DNA of 64,000 bases. It comes from Paludisphaera mucosa (GTDB lineage: Bacteria > Planctomycetota > Planctomycetia > Isosphaerales > Isosphaeraceae). The position numbers and the translations under genes were made by a program. The notes beneath the pieces are model-generated. The model did no database searches and was not told where the DNA came from. It worked only from the letters and a program-made list of their open reading frames with translations. Position 1 is the stretch's first letter, and each line of letters starts with the position of its first letter. Positions 27,441 through 36,757 of this stretch are shown here, piece by piece. The DNA is taken from NCBI RefSeq assembly GCF_029589435.1, contig NZ_JARRAG010000001.1:236808-300807 (forward strand), in the 5' to 3' direction.

Positions 27441-28568
27441 TCAGGAAGCCTTGTGGATGATCGAGAGGAACGGCCGGGCCAGCGACGGGCGGAAGGCCAG
27501 GACGCCGACCAGCGACCGCGTCATCCAGGGGGTGCGCAAGATCCGCCCGGCGGCCCGGCACACGAGCTGGCGACGGCCGACGGCCTTTCGGTGGGCGAGC
27601 GCCCAGCGCCCCGCCGGGTCGATCTCGACGCCGGCCAGGGCTTCGGCCAGGGTCGCGGCGAGCGCCTCGCCCCCCGCGAGGGCCCAGGCCATGCCTTCCC
27701 CCGTGAAGGGCTCGACGTAGCCGGCCGAGTCCCCCACCCGGTACACGCCCCCCTCGACGAGCCGGCCGGGCGATCGCGTGAGCGGCGAGGTCCCCTTCCA
27801 GCGCAGGGCGGCGACGCCCGGGACCGGCGGCAGGCCGGCCCCCGCGAGGATCGACCCGGCCAGCCGGCCGAGGCCCCCGGCCTCGCGGACGGCGTCGGGA
27901 TCGAACGCGGCGGCGAGGTCGAGCCGGCCGTCTTCCAGGACGACCAGGCCGACGTACCCGCCGTCCCCGCAGCTCATGTGGATCCGCCCCGGCTCGTAGC
28001 CCTCGGGCGCGGCCGGCGCGATCGCCCCCGCGCCGATCTTGGCGTTCGGCGACCGCGATTCGCGCGCCTCGGCGGGGAAGAGGCCGTCGGTCAGGCCCGT
28101 CGACGAGACCACGAATCGCCCCCGCACGTCGAATGAGCGCTCGCCTTGCTGGAGCCGGACGGCGACGGCGTCGGCGGAGGAATCGGCCCGGAGTGCGGCG
28201 GTGGTCGCCGGCAGGAACTCGACGCCGGTCGCGACCGCCGCGGCGATGAGCGCGGCGTCGAGCGCGTCGCGCGACAGGGCGACCCCGAGCGGGCGGTCGA
28301 TCGAGGCCCGACGCCCCGCCGTCGCCAGCTCCATGCCCGTCAGCGCGACGGCCTGCAAATCCGCCGTCAGGCCGCCCAGGCCGGCCCGCTCCAGCGTCGC
28401 AAGGGCGCGGGGGTTGAGGCAGCAACCGCAGACTTTCGGCCTCGGGAACCGGGAACGGTCGACGAGCAGGACCCGGGCCCCCTGGCGGGCGAGCTGCCGG
28501 GCCGTCATCGAGCCCGCGGGCCCCGCGCCGGCGACGACCACGTCGTAGTCGGCCTCGTCGACGATCAT
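27441..28568 (-). CDS. FAD-dependent oxidoreductase (geranylgeranyl-reductase/flavin monooxygenase-like)
   Basis: Rossmann GxGxxG in MIVDEADYDVVVAGAGPAGSMTARQLARQGARVLLVDRS, and FPRPKVCGCCLNP. Its ATG overlaps the stop of the upstream methyltransferase (ATGA). Confidence 0.8.
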   Translation of the reverse strand: MIVDEADYDVVVAGAGPAGSMTARQLARQGARVLLVDRSRFPRPKVCGCCLNPRALATLERAGLGGLTADLQAVALTGMELATAGRRASIDRPLGVALSRDALDAALIAAAVATGVEFLPATTAALRADSSADAVAVRLQQGERSFDVRGRFVVSSTGLTDGLFPAEARESRSPNAKIGAGAIAPAAPEGYEPGRIHMSCGDGGYVGLVVLEDGRLDLAAAFDPDAVREAGGLGRLAGSILAGAGLPPVPGVAALRWKGTSPLTRSPGRLVEGGVYRVGDSAGYVEPFTGEGMAWALAGGEALAATLAEALAGVEIDPAGRWALAHRKAVGRRQLVCRAAGRILRTPWMTRSLVGVLAFRPSLARPFLSIIHKAS

Positions 28569-29290
28569 CGGGCGTCCCCCGTCAGCAGGAACCGGCAGGG
28601 CCAGCGCGGCGAGACCTCGGGATCCGTCCAGCCGGCCTTCAGCGCGAGGTCGCGGGCCTCCTCGCACGTGAAGGCGCCTTCCACCGACAACGGGCCGTCG
28701 ACGTGCGCCACCGAGGACCGGGACAGGATCCGGATCCCCGCATACGCCAGCAGCCAGCCGGCGCGGCTGCGGGCCAGGTCGTCGACCAGACCGAGGGCCC
28801 CCGACTTCCCCATCGCGGCCAGCAGGTCGACCGCCTCGGGCTCGTCGAGGTGGTGGAGGAAGAGCGAACAGGTCAGCACGTCGTAGCCCTCGGGGAGCGG
28901 CTGCGTCAGCACGTCATGGCGGAAGAAGGCGACCTCGGCGCCCGCCCGGCGCGCCTGCTCCGCGGCGTGCCCGACGGCGAACCCGCTGCGGTCGCAGCCC
29001 GAGGCCTCCAGCGTCCATCCCTCGCGTCGCGCGAGCTGGGCGAGCCGGATGGGGAGGTCGCCGCCGCCGGTCGCCAGGTCGAGCAGCCGCACGGGCCGCG
29101 ACGATCCGTCCCGGCGCCGGGCGCGGCCCAGGTCGCGGATCCGCGGCCAGACGGCCCGGCTCGTCAGGCTCCACCCGTTCACGCGCCGCAGGGCGGCCAG
29201 CGCGCGGCGATGCTCGACCGGGTCGAGCCCCGGCTGATCCATCAGCTCGGGACGACGCCGCCGCACGCGGAGGTCGGGGAGGAATGTCAT
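28565..29290 (-). CDS. class I SAM-dependent methyltransferase
   Basis: Motif I LLDLATGGGDL, an acidic loop, and a LFLHHL post-II region. First gene of the three-gene operon. Confidence 0.8.
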   Translation of the reverse strand: MTFLPDLRVRRRRPELMDQPGLDPVEHRRALAALRRVNGWSLTSRAVWPRIRDLGRARRRDGSSRPVRLLDLATGGGDLPIRLAQLARREGWTLEASGCDRSGFAVGHAAEQARRAGAEVAFFRHDVLTQPLPEGYDVLTCSLFLHHLDEPEAVDLLAAMGKSGALGLVDDLARSRAGWLLAYAGIRILSRSSVAHVDGPLSVEGAFTCEEARDLALKAGWTDPEVSPRWPCRFLLTGDAR

Positions 29291-29654
29291 GAAGGTCCGA
29301 GCGTCCCTCGGGGCGAGATCGATCCCGGCCGGAAACGACGACTCGAACGCGGGCCGGGAGACCCTCGCGGTCGAGTTGCGGGGCTGATCTCGCGGCCGCG
29401 GGCGCGATCGCCCGCGAACGAACGCCGTGCCTCGCGCCCTGCCCCCCTCCGTCGCAAGACCGGCGCCGACGGGGGCCTAGCCCGGAGGGGCGCTGCCATC
29501 AGGGGATTCTAAGCCCACGGGGGAGTGCGGCGGAAGCCCCGCGCCCGGGAGGCTCGCCTCCCGACGCCGTCGCGCGCCGTCCCGCCCGGGGCCCGACGGT
29601 CGATTTCGGGCCCCGCCCGTCGGAAACAGCTTCGTTTTCGAGTATAAACAAATT

Positions 29655-29690
29655 CGAATTTTAAAACCCCTCGAAAAGCGAGAGGCTTCG
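29655..29690. promoter_or_regulatory. AT-rich island plus hairpin in long gene-free region
   Basis: Sequence agtataaacaaattcgaattttaaaa followed by the hairpin GCGAGAGGC-ttc-GCCTCTCGGC. It lies about 350 nt upstream of the PKS operon start, within a 790-bp intergenic gap. Confidence 0.25.
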
Positions 29691-30083
29691 CCTCTCGGCC
29701 CTCGACCCGGGGCTCGCCCAGGAAATCCATGCTCACGGACGTCGCGGCGATCGGCCTGGCGGCACTCGGCCTTTCGTCCCCGCGGCCCGCGGATCTGCAG
29801 GCCTGACGGACGTCACGAGAGCGGCCGATCGACCCGCGCCGCGCCAGGCCGCCCAGCCCGCACAGCGCCACGCGCCGACCTCGGGTCGGCGCCGGCCCCG
29901 GGGGTCAGGTTGGTCCGCGTACGCCGGTCGTCCTCGTCGTCCGCATCGAGTCGAGCATCGGGCCTTCCAAAGGACGGCCCCTTTCGGTCGCCGGCGCCCT
30001 GATTGCGTTCTCGTCGGGCCGCCTACTCGAGCCGTCACCCGTCTGACTCCACAAGTCCTTCGCCTCCCGCCTGGAGTCTTCCC

Positions 30084-30581
30084 ATGGCCCGCACGCTCGC
30101 CGCCCTGATCGTCCTCTCCAGCATCTCGACCGCTCACGCCCAAGGCGTCCTCAATCGGGCCGGAGAATCACTCGACGGCGCGGGCCGCAGCATCCGCCAG
30201 GGGGTCGAGAAGGCCGTCGCCCGCGGGCAGGCGACGGCGCGCGAGCACGAAATCCACGATCGCGTCGTCGCGCGGCTCCACTCCGACAAGCGTTTCCGGA
30301 ACGCCGCGATCCACGTGGAAGTGGCCGACGGTTCGGTCATCCTGAGCGGTTCCGTGGCCGACGACGCCGCGAAGGCGGGGGCGGTCGAGCTGGCGGAGAA
30401 CACCTACGGCGCCGAAGCCGTCGTCGACGAACTCGTCGTGGGCAAGGAAGTGCGCGTCGGCGACGCCAGGAGGGACGTACGCGTCGTCGAGCCCAAGAAG
30501 GTGGTCCGGAACCCTGAGCCCCGGAGGATCACGCGGTCGGTCCCGACGACCTCCCAGACGACGATCACGATCAAGCCTTGA
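30084..30581 (+). CDS. BON-domain protein (OsmY-like) with signal peptide
   Basis: Begins MARTLAALIVLSSISTAHAQG. The BON core is AAIHVEVADGSVILSGSVADDAAKAGAVELAENTYGAEAVVDEL. Confidence 0.8.
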   Translation: MARTLAALIVLSSISTAHAQGVLNRAGESLDGAGRSIRQGVEKAVARGQATAREHEIHDRVVARLHSDKRFRNAAIHVEVADGSVILSGSVADDAAKAGAVELAENTYGAEAVVDELVVGKEVRVGDARRDVRVVEPKKVVRNPEPRRITRSVPTTSQTTITIKP

Positions 30582-30868
30582 TCGCAACTCGGACGATCGC
30601 TCGAATGGGGATCGGGGTTCGGACGGCGGGGCACGCGTCTCCGGCGGCTCGCCCTCTTTCCCGCATCACCGTCCGGGGCCGACGATTCTCGTGCCGATGT
30701 CGAGCCGCACCTTCATCCCGACCCTGCGGATGGAGCGGCCGAAACCGACCGCGCCGCCCGTCACGCCGCCGCCGGCCGTGGAACGCGACCGGGCGGCCCA
30801 TTCGAAGCGAAGCACGCCCGCCGGGATGGGGCGGGCGTGCGGGGGGGCGTCTCGTCGCGAGGCCGGCG

Positions 30869-33133
30869 TCAGGTCTTGTCGACGGCCGATCCGTTGAGGA
30901 CCTCGCCGACCAGGACGGCCGGCTCGCGGGGCGGGCCGGCGGCGCCGCCGTCGGCCGCCATCGCGTCCTGGATGTTCTGCATCGCCTGCTTCGAGATCGC
31001 GTCGACGAAGTCGTGCAGGCCGGCCCCGCTCGCCTGGGCGGTGCTGGTGAGGTCGAAGCCCGACTTCTCGGCGACGAGCAGGCTCATGAGCATGCCCATG
31101 AGGCCGGTGCCGACGCCCGACCCGTCGGCCGAGCCGGCGCCCGGCGAGACGAAGATGCGTTCCGGGACCAGCGGCTGCGTGCTCGCGGCCAGGTTCTGGG
31201 CGACCACCGACAGGGCGTAGAGCCGCGGGTCGGTGAACGACTCGATCTTGCGCACCAGGACCGAGGCCTCGGAGAGGCCCTCCTGGAGCAGCCGGGCGCC
31301 CTCGCCGCGGCCGGCGAGGATCTTGCGGCGGCTGTCGGCCTCGGCCCGGACGACCACCTGCTCGGCCTCCTTGCGGGCCCGCGCCAATTGGGCCTCGGCC
31401 TCGTTCTCGACGATCCGCACCTGGATCAGCGAGTTGGTCAGCGTCGTCTGCATCTCGGCCGTCGCCTGGGCCTCCTTGAGCGCCTTGAGCTTCTCGGCCG
31501 CCGCGACCTGCTTGCCGTAGGTCTCCATCTGCTCGAGCGAGAGCTGTCGCAGGCGCAACTGTTCCAGCAGGTTCTCGATCTTGCCGCCGGCCTCGGCCGT
31601 GTCGGGCTTGCCGATGAGCACGTCGACGCACTCGATGTCGAAGTTGTGGAACTTCCGGCTCAGCTCCTCCTGTGCCGAGTGCTGGATCTTGTCGCGCTCC
31701 TGGAGCAGTTCGAGCATCGTGCACTTGTGGGCCACGTCTCGGAAGTAGGCGGACAGCATCGGGTCGAGGGTCTGCGTGATCAGCTTCTTGACGTCGCCGA
31801 ACCGCTGGATGACGCTCGGCGCCTTCTGGTAGTCGATGTGCACGACGACCGACAGCGGCAGCGTCGGCTCGTAGGCGTCGCGCGTCACCAGGTCGATCGA
31901 CCGCAGGCTCTCGTCGTAGCGGTGCGTCTCGGTCCGGCCGGTCACCCAGTGGAGCACGAAGTTGGTGGTGGGGACCAGGATGATGTTGCCGGCGTACGTG
32001 TTGAAGGCGTACTTGCCCGGCCCCAGCGGCTTCTCCTGGACGCCGCGCTCGCCCTCGGAGACCCGCTCGCCGTGGCGGAACGACTGGCCCGACAGGTCGC
32101 TGCCGCTGCGGCCGTAATAGCTGACGATGACGCCCACGTAGCCGATGGGGACGATCGTCTTGGGGATGGCCTCGACGGTCGCGAACCAGCGGTTGATGAA
32201 GTAGGTGCCGTCGATCAGCGTCGCGTACTGGCGGCCGCGCCGGCCGCCGGCCTTGAGGAACGCCTCGGGGTCCTGGAAGTTGTTGTGGTGGTCCTTGTCG
32301 GACCGCTCGCTGCCGACCTCCGGCGCGATGATCTCGCCGGTCGAGAGCGACGGGCCGTCGTGGACCGTGACGATCCCCATGCCGTCGACGACGATGGTCT
32401 TCTCGGGGTTGAGCGGGTCGGGCGCCTCGATCGAGCCGCCGATCACCACCGGGTCGAACCCGCCCTCGTCGGCCAGCTCGCTCTGCCAGCTCATCAGGGC
32501 CTGGTACTCGTGCTGGCCGCCGACCTCCAGGCGATACACCATGTCCTCGGTGATCACGTAGTAGAGGGCCAGGTTGATCGCGTAGACGCCCTCGCGGAGG
32601 ATCGACCGCTGCCGGCCGCGCTGGCCGAGCGTCGGCTCCTGATCGGGGTCGTCGGCGCGGCCCACGAGGAAGGCCCGCGCGTCCTGGAAGTTGTTGCAGT
32701 CGACGACCCGGCCCAGCGTCTGGGTCGGCGCCAGCGGCACGCCGTCCCGGGCGTAGACGTAGCCGATCTTCCCCTGCGGCACCATGACGAGGGGCAGCTT
32801 GTGGAGCCGGTACTGCCAGCGCCAGAGGCCGAAGTGGACGCCGCCTCGCAGCAGCTCGGCCTGGAAGCCGGCCTCGCCGTTCAGGGCCATGATCCGGCCC
32901 TCGCCGACCGAGCCCCGCGCGGCCCAGAGCTTCTCGACGACGGCGACCCGGTTGTTGGCGATGTAGCGCAGGCCCAGCACCTGGCAGACGGCGATCACCG
33001 CCAGGATCAGGCCGACGATCCAGAGGACGCCCGACGGGGCGTCGGGCAGGAAGGCCGCGAGCGGGGCGACGGCCGCGGCGATGAGAGGAGAGACGGACTG
33101 CGATGCCACATACACGAAGAGTGGCGAACCCAC
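30869..33133 (-). CDS. flotillin-family SPFH/band-7 protein (754 aa)
   Basis: An N-terminal hydrophobic hairpin (LWIVGLILAVIAVCQVLGLRYI) is followed by an SPFH domain and an Ala/Glu/Gln-rich coiled coil (KALKEAQATAEMQ...EAEAQLARARKEAEQ). The start is a GTG with GGAG 9 nt upstream. The 860-aa ORF in the other frame is an Arg-rich artefact. Confidence 0.85.
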   Translation of the reverse strand: MGSPLFVYVASQSVSPLIAAAVAPLAAFLPDAPSGVLWIVGLILAVIAVCQVLGLRYIANNRVAVVEKLWAARGSVGEGRIMALNGEAGFQAELLRGGVHFGLWRWQYRLHKLPLVMVPQGKIGYVYARDGVPLAPTQTLGRVVDCNNFQDARAFLVGRADDPDQEPTLGQRGRQRSILREGVYAINLALYYVITEDMVYRLEVGGQHEYQALMSWQSELADEGGFDPVVIGGSIEAPDPLNPEKTIVVDGMGIVTVHDGPSLSTGEIIAPEVGSERSDKDHHNNFQDPEAFLKAGGRRGRQYATLIDGTYFINRWFATVEAIPKTIVPIGYVGVIVSYYGRSGSDLSGQSFRHGERVSEGERGVQEKPLGPGKYAFNTYAGNIILVPTTNFVLHWVTGRTETHRYDESLRSIDLVTRDAYEPTLPLSVVVHIDYQKAPSVIQRFGDVKKLITQTLDPMLSAYFRDVAHKCTMLELLQERDKIQHSAQEELSRKFHNFDIECVDVLIGKPDTAEAGGKIENLLEQLRLRQLSLEQMETYGKQVAAAEKLKALKEAQATAEMQTTLTNSLIQVRIVENEAEAQLARARKEAEQVVVRAEADSRRKILAGRGEGARLLQEGLSEASVLVRKIESFTDPRLYALSVVAQNLAASTQPLVPERIFVSPGAGSADGSGVGTGLMGMLMSLLVAEKSGFDLTSTAQASGAGLHDFVDAISKQAMQNIQDAMAADGGAAGPPREPAVLVGEVLNGSAVDKT

Positions 33134-33459
33134 GTTGCGACTCCAGGGCGAACGCGAGCGCCGGGCCCGCCTGAAGCGGAACGACCGCGAAGCGTCGCGG
33201 CCAGGCGCAGTACGCCCGACGATCGTCGGGCCCGGCGGAGACGTTCACCTCCTCCGGATTGGACGTATGTTCGCATCGGGCGCGAAAGATTCAAGGAAAT
33301 CCGCCGGCGACCCCGTGGATTGTGCACTGGGTGCGGATTCAAGGCCTGCGGCCGGGGTCGTCCGCACGCCGACGTTCCGGCGATGGACGGGCGATCGGCC
33401 CGGGAGTATCCTGAATCCCGGCCCGGTTCCGCCCTCGTCCCCCGGATCTCCCCCCGCGC

Positions 33460-34512
33460 ATGACCGACCCCAGCCCCGAGAAGCCGAAGCGTCGGCCGCG
33501 CTATCGCGGGGCGAACCCCCGCCACTTCCACGAGAAGTACAAGGAGCACCAGCCCGAGCGTTATCCCGACGACGTGGCGAAGGTGATCTCCGGCGGCAAG
33601 ACGCCCGCCGGGTCGCATCGGCCGATCATGACGGCCGAGATCCTCCGAGTCCTCGCCCCCCGGCCCGGGGACGTCGCCGTCGACTGCACGCTGGGATACG
33701 GCGGCCACGCCCGCGCCCTGCTCGCCGCCGTCCAGCCGGGCGGGCGGCTGCTCGGCCTGGACGCCGACCCGATCGAGTTCCCGAAGACCGAGGCCCGGCT
33801 CCGCGGCCTGGGCTTCCCCTCCGAGTCGATCGCCCTGCGACGCACGAACTTCGCGGCGCTGCCGCGGTTCCTCGCCGACGAGGCGCCCGCCGGGGCCGAC
33901 GTGCTGCTCGCCGACCTCGGCCTCTCCTCGATGCAGATCGACGACCCCGCCCGCGGCTTCAGCTTCAAGGCCGCCGGCCCGCTCGACATGCGGATGAACC
34001 CCACGCGCGGCCGGCCGGCCTCGGCCATGCTGTCCGACCTGGGCGAGCCGGGCCTGGCCCGGATCCTCGACGAGAACGCCGACGAGCCCCAGGCCCGCGC
34101 GATCGCCGAGGCCGTCCACCGCGCCCACGCCCGCGAGCCCCTGACGACCACCCAGGCGCTCGCCGCAGTCGTCCGCGAGGCCTGCGCCCGCAAGCTCGGG
34201 CTGGCCGACGACTCCGCCGAGGACGCCGTCCGCCGCGTCTTCCAGGCCCTCCGGATCGCGGTGAACGACGAGTTCGGGGCCTTGACGGAGTTCCTCCGCA
34301 CCCTGCCCGCCTGCCTGAAGCCGGGCGGCCGGGTCGCCGTTTTGACGTTCCACTCCGGCGAGGACCGTCGGGTGAAATCGGCCTTCAAGGACGGCCTGCA
34401 TGCCGGCGCCTACGCCTCGATCGCCGAGGACGTCGTCCGCCCCTCCGCCGAGGAGCGGCGCGACAACCCCCGGTCGTCGTCGGCGAAGCTGCGGTTTGCG
34501 GTCCGGGTCTGA
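33460..34512 (+). CDS. rsmH: 16S rRNA (cytosine1402-N4)-methyltransferase RsmH (MraW)
   Basis: Contains PIMTAEILRVL, VDCTLGYGGHARALL, DLGLSSMQIDDPARGFSF and LTFHSGEDRRVK. Confidence 0.9.
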   Translation: MTDPSPEKPKRRPRYRGANPRHFHEKYKEHQPERYPDDVAKVISGGKTPAGSHRPIMTAEILRVLAPRPGDVAVDCTLGYGGHARALLAAVQPGGRLLGLDADPIEFPKTEARLRGLGFPSESIALRRTNFAALPRFLADEAPAGADVLLADLGLSSMQIDDPARGFSFKAAGPLDMRMNPTRGRPASAMLSDLGEPGLARILDENADEPQARAIAEAVHRAHAREPLTTTQALAAVVREACARKLGLADDSAEDAVRRVFQALRIAVNDEFGALTEFLRTLPACLKPGGRVAVLTFHSGEDRRVKSAFKDGLHAGAYASIAEDVVRPSAEERRDNPRSSSAKLRFAVRV

Positions 34513-34531
34513 AGTTGAAGGGTGGGGTCGA

Positions 34532-34969
34532 ATGGCCGTCGGCGCGTGGAAGATTGCGAAGGTCGTCGCGAAGACCCTTTTCGCCGCCCTGTTCATCGCG
34601 GGCGGGGTCGCGCATTTCGTCACGCCCGAGACCTACATGAAGATCATGCCGGACTACCTGCCGTACCATCGCGAGCTGGTGCTGCTCAGCGGCGTGTTCG
34701 AGGTCGCCCTGGGGGTCTTGCTGCTGATCCCGCGGACCTCGCGGCTGGCCGCCTGGGGGCTGATCGCGCTGCTGGTCGCGGTCTTCCCGGCGAACGTCGA
34801 GATGTACCGGCACGCCGAGAGATTCTCGATCCCCCCGGCGCTGCTCCTGCTGAGGCTGCCGCTGCAAGGGCTGCTGATCCTCTGGGCTTACGCCTACACG
34901 AGGCGAAGCCGCGTCGAGGGGGACCGCCCGAGGGGCGCGTCGCGGTCGACGGACGACGGAAGGAATTGA
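34532..34969 (+). CDS. DoxX-family membrane protein
   Basis: Four TM-like segments. Contains LFIAGGVAHFVTPETYMKIMPDYLPYHRELVLLSGVFEVALGVLLLIP. Confidence 0.7.
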   Translation: MAVGAWKIAKVVAKTLFAALFIAGGVAHFVTPETYMKIMPDYLPYHRELVLLSGVFEVALGVLLLIPRTSRLAAWGLIALLVAVFPANVEMYRHAERFSIPPALLLLRLPLQGLLILWAYAYTRRSRVEGDRPRGASRSTDDGRN

Positions 34970-35129
34970 CGTGGCGGCTTTATCAAACGTCGCCCCCCCG
35001 TCCGCGACCGCTCCGGCCGCCCAGGCTCTTGCGGGCCGACGGCGGCCCAGTAGGATGGAGCCGTCCCGCCCACCGGAGGCGTCACCGCTCGCCCTCATCG
35101 CAGGCGATCCCGGCCCGAGGTTTTTGATC

Positions 35130-35834
35130 ATGAAGAAGCTGCCGACCGTCGCGATCCTCGCCCTCCTCTTCGGCCTCCCGGCCGCGGTCCCGCCGGTCTT
35201 CGGCCAGGATCGGCCGGCGAGCCGGTACGCGGCCGCGCGCGACTACACGAAGTGGGAGAAGGAGATCGCCGCCTTCGAGGAGGCCGACCGCAAGGCGCAG
35301 CCCGCCAAGGGGGGCGTGGTCTTCGTCGGCTCGTCGACGATCCGGCTGTGGAAGACGCTCGCCGAGGACTTCCCGGACCACAAGGTCGTCAATCGCGGCT
35401 TCGGCGGGTCCGAGATCGTGGATTCGACGCATTTCGCCGACCGCCTGATCTTCCCCCACGAGCCCAAGCAGATCTTCCTGCGCGCCGGGGGCAACGACAT
35501 CCACGACGGCCGCCTGCCCAGGGACGTGGCGGCCGACTTCGCGGAGTTCGTCCGCGTGGTCCACGCCCGCCTGCCGCACGCCGAGATCCTCTACATCGGC
35601 CTCAGCCCGGCGCCCGCGCGCTGGGGCGAGGTGGACAAGGGCCGGGAGATGAACCGGCTGATCCGCCAGATGGCCCTGCGCATGCCGCGGGTCGGCTTCG
35701 TGACGGCCGACGAGTTCACCCTCGGCCCCGACGGCATGGCCCGCCACGAGCTGTTCGTCGAGGACCGGCTGCACCTCTCGCCGATGGGCTACAAGCTGCT
35801 CGCGGAGCGGGTCCGGCCCTACCTCACGCGCTGA
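35130..35834 (+). CDS. SGNH/GDSL-family hydrolase (acetylesterase-like) with signal peptide
   Basis: Block I VFVGSSTI, block III GGND, and a C-terminal D..H region (ERVRPYL context with DRLHLSPMGY). Confidence 0.75.
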   Translation: MKKLPTVAILALLFGLPAAVPPVFGQDRPASRYAAARDYTKWEKEIAAFEEADRKAQPAKGGVVFVGSSTIRLWKTLAEDFPDHKVVNRGFGGSEIVDSTHFADRLIFPHEPKQIFLRAGGNDIHDGRLPRDVAADFAEFVRVVHARLPHAEILYIGLSPAPARWGEVDKGREMNRLIRQMALRMPRVGFVTADEFTLGPDGMARHELFVEDRLHLSPMGYKLLAERVRPYLTR

Positions 35835-35859
35835 GGCCGTTCGGCCGGGGCGGGCGGAT

Positions 35860-36648
35860 TCAGCCCTCGACCTCGCGGACCTCGACGACCTGATGCAGCA
35901 GCTCGCCGCTCCCCCAGAGGGTCGTCATCGGCACGTCGGCGGCGTCGCGGCCCACGGCGATCGGCACGAGCGCGGGTCGCACGCCTTCATACGTCGCGTC
36001 GATGTTGCGCCAGGCCCCGCCCAGGTACACCTGGACGTAGCCGTGGAAGTCGGGCGGCTCCAGGCCCAGGGCGTACGCCGAGACGTAGCGGGCCGGCACG
36101 CCCAACGCCCGGCAGAAGGCGATCGTCAGGTGGGCGAAGTCGCGGCAGACGCCCACCCGCTCGGTCGCCGTGTCGAAGGCCGAGGTCAGCGAGTCGGTCG
36201 TGCCGTAGCGGTACTCGACGCGGCTGCGGACCCAGTCGGCGATCCCCAGCACCCGCTCCGCGCCCGGCTTGAGGCGTCCGAATTCGCCTTGCGCCATGCG
36301 GGCCAGCAGGTCGGACTGGCAGTAGCGGGAGGGCAGCGTGTACGACATCACCTCGGCGGGGATCTGCTGCGGCGGGTGCTCCGGGGCGTCGAGCGGGACC
36401 GACGAGTTGGGCTCCGACTCGATCGTCGCCGTGAACTCGAAGGCGAAGGTCCCCGCGGGTGCCATCAGCCGGCGCTGGACGTTGCCGTGGAAGTCCGCGC
36501 GCAGCTCGGAGAAGGTCGTCGGCGTGGTGGTGAGCCGCTCCTCCAGCAGGCGATGGCCGGCGCCTTGCAGCGGCGGCTCGACCATCAAGAGCACGAAGGA
36601 CTCGGCGGGCAGGTGGTAAGAGGCGGCGGCGCGGACGGATAACAGCAT
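35860..36648 (-). CDS. transglutaminase-like superfamily protein
   Basis: Catalytic Cys in GVCRDFAHLTIAFCRALGVPARYVSAY. His/Asp follow. Confidence 0.75.
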   Translation of the reverse strand: MLLSVRAAASYHLPAESFVLLMVEPPLQGAGHRLLEERLTTTPTTFSELRADFHGNVQRRLMAPAGTFAFEFTATIESEPNSSVPLDAPEHPPQQIPAEVMSYTLPSRYCQSDLLARMAQGEFGRLKPGAERVLGIADWVRSRVEYRYGTTDSLTSAFDTATERVGVCRDFAHLTIAFCRALGVPARYVSAYALGLEPPDFHGYVQVYLGGAWRNIDATYEGVRPALVPIAVGRDAADVPMTTLWGSGELLHQVVEVREVEG

Positions 36649-36757
36649 GGGGAATCCCTTCCTCAATGGACGCGTCGGTCTCGGCGCCATTATGGCGAGG
36701 ATGGGCGGTTCTGGGCAGGGCGGAATCGCGAGGATCCGCCGCCGGCCGAGGCGCGCG

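Noticed and set aside
26275-28425. 716-aa ORF extending the type III PKS upstream through the oxidoreductase gene
   Set aside because: Only the C-terminal 369 aa match the PKS fold. The upstream part is Arg/Pro-rich, in a different frame from the real oxidoreductase gene.
29729-29809. 27-aa ORF (MLTDVAAIGLAALGLSSPRPADLQA) in the long intergenic region
   Set aside because: Too short, no RBS, and composition indistinguishable from background. Kept only as a note.
30666-33248. 860-aa minus ORF overlapping the flotillin gene
   Set aside because: Arg/Pro/Gly-rich with no domain. The alternate frame encodes a clear SPFH/flotillin protein.
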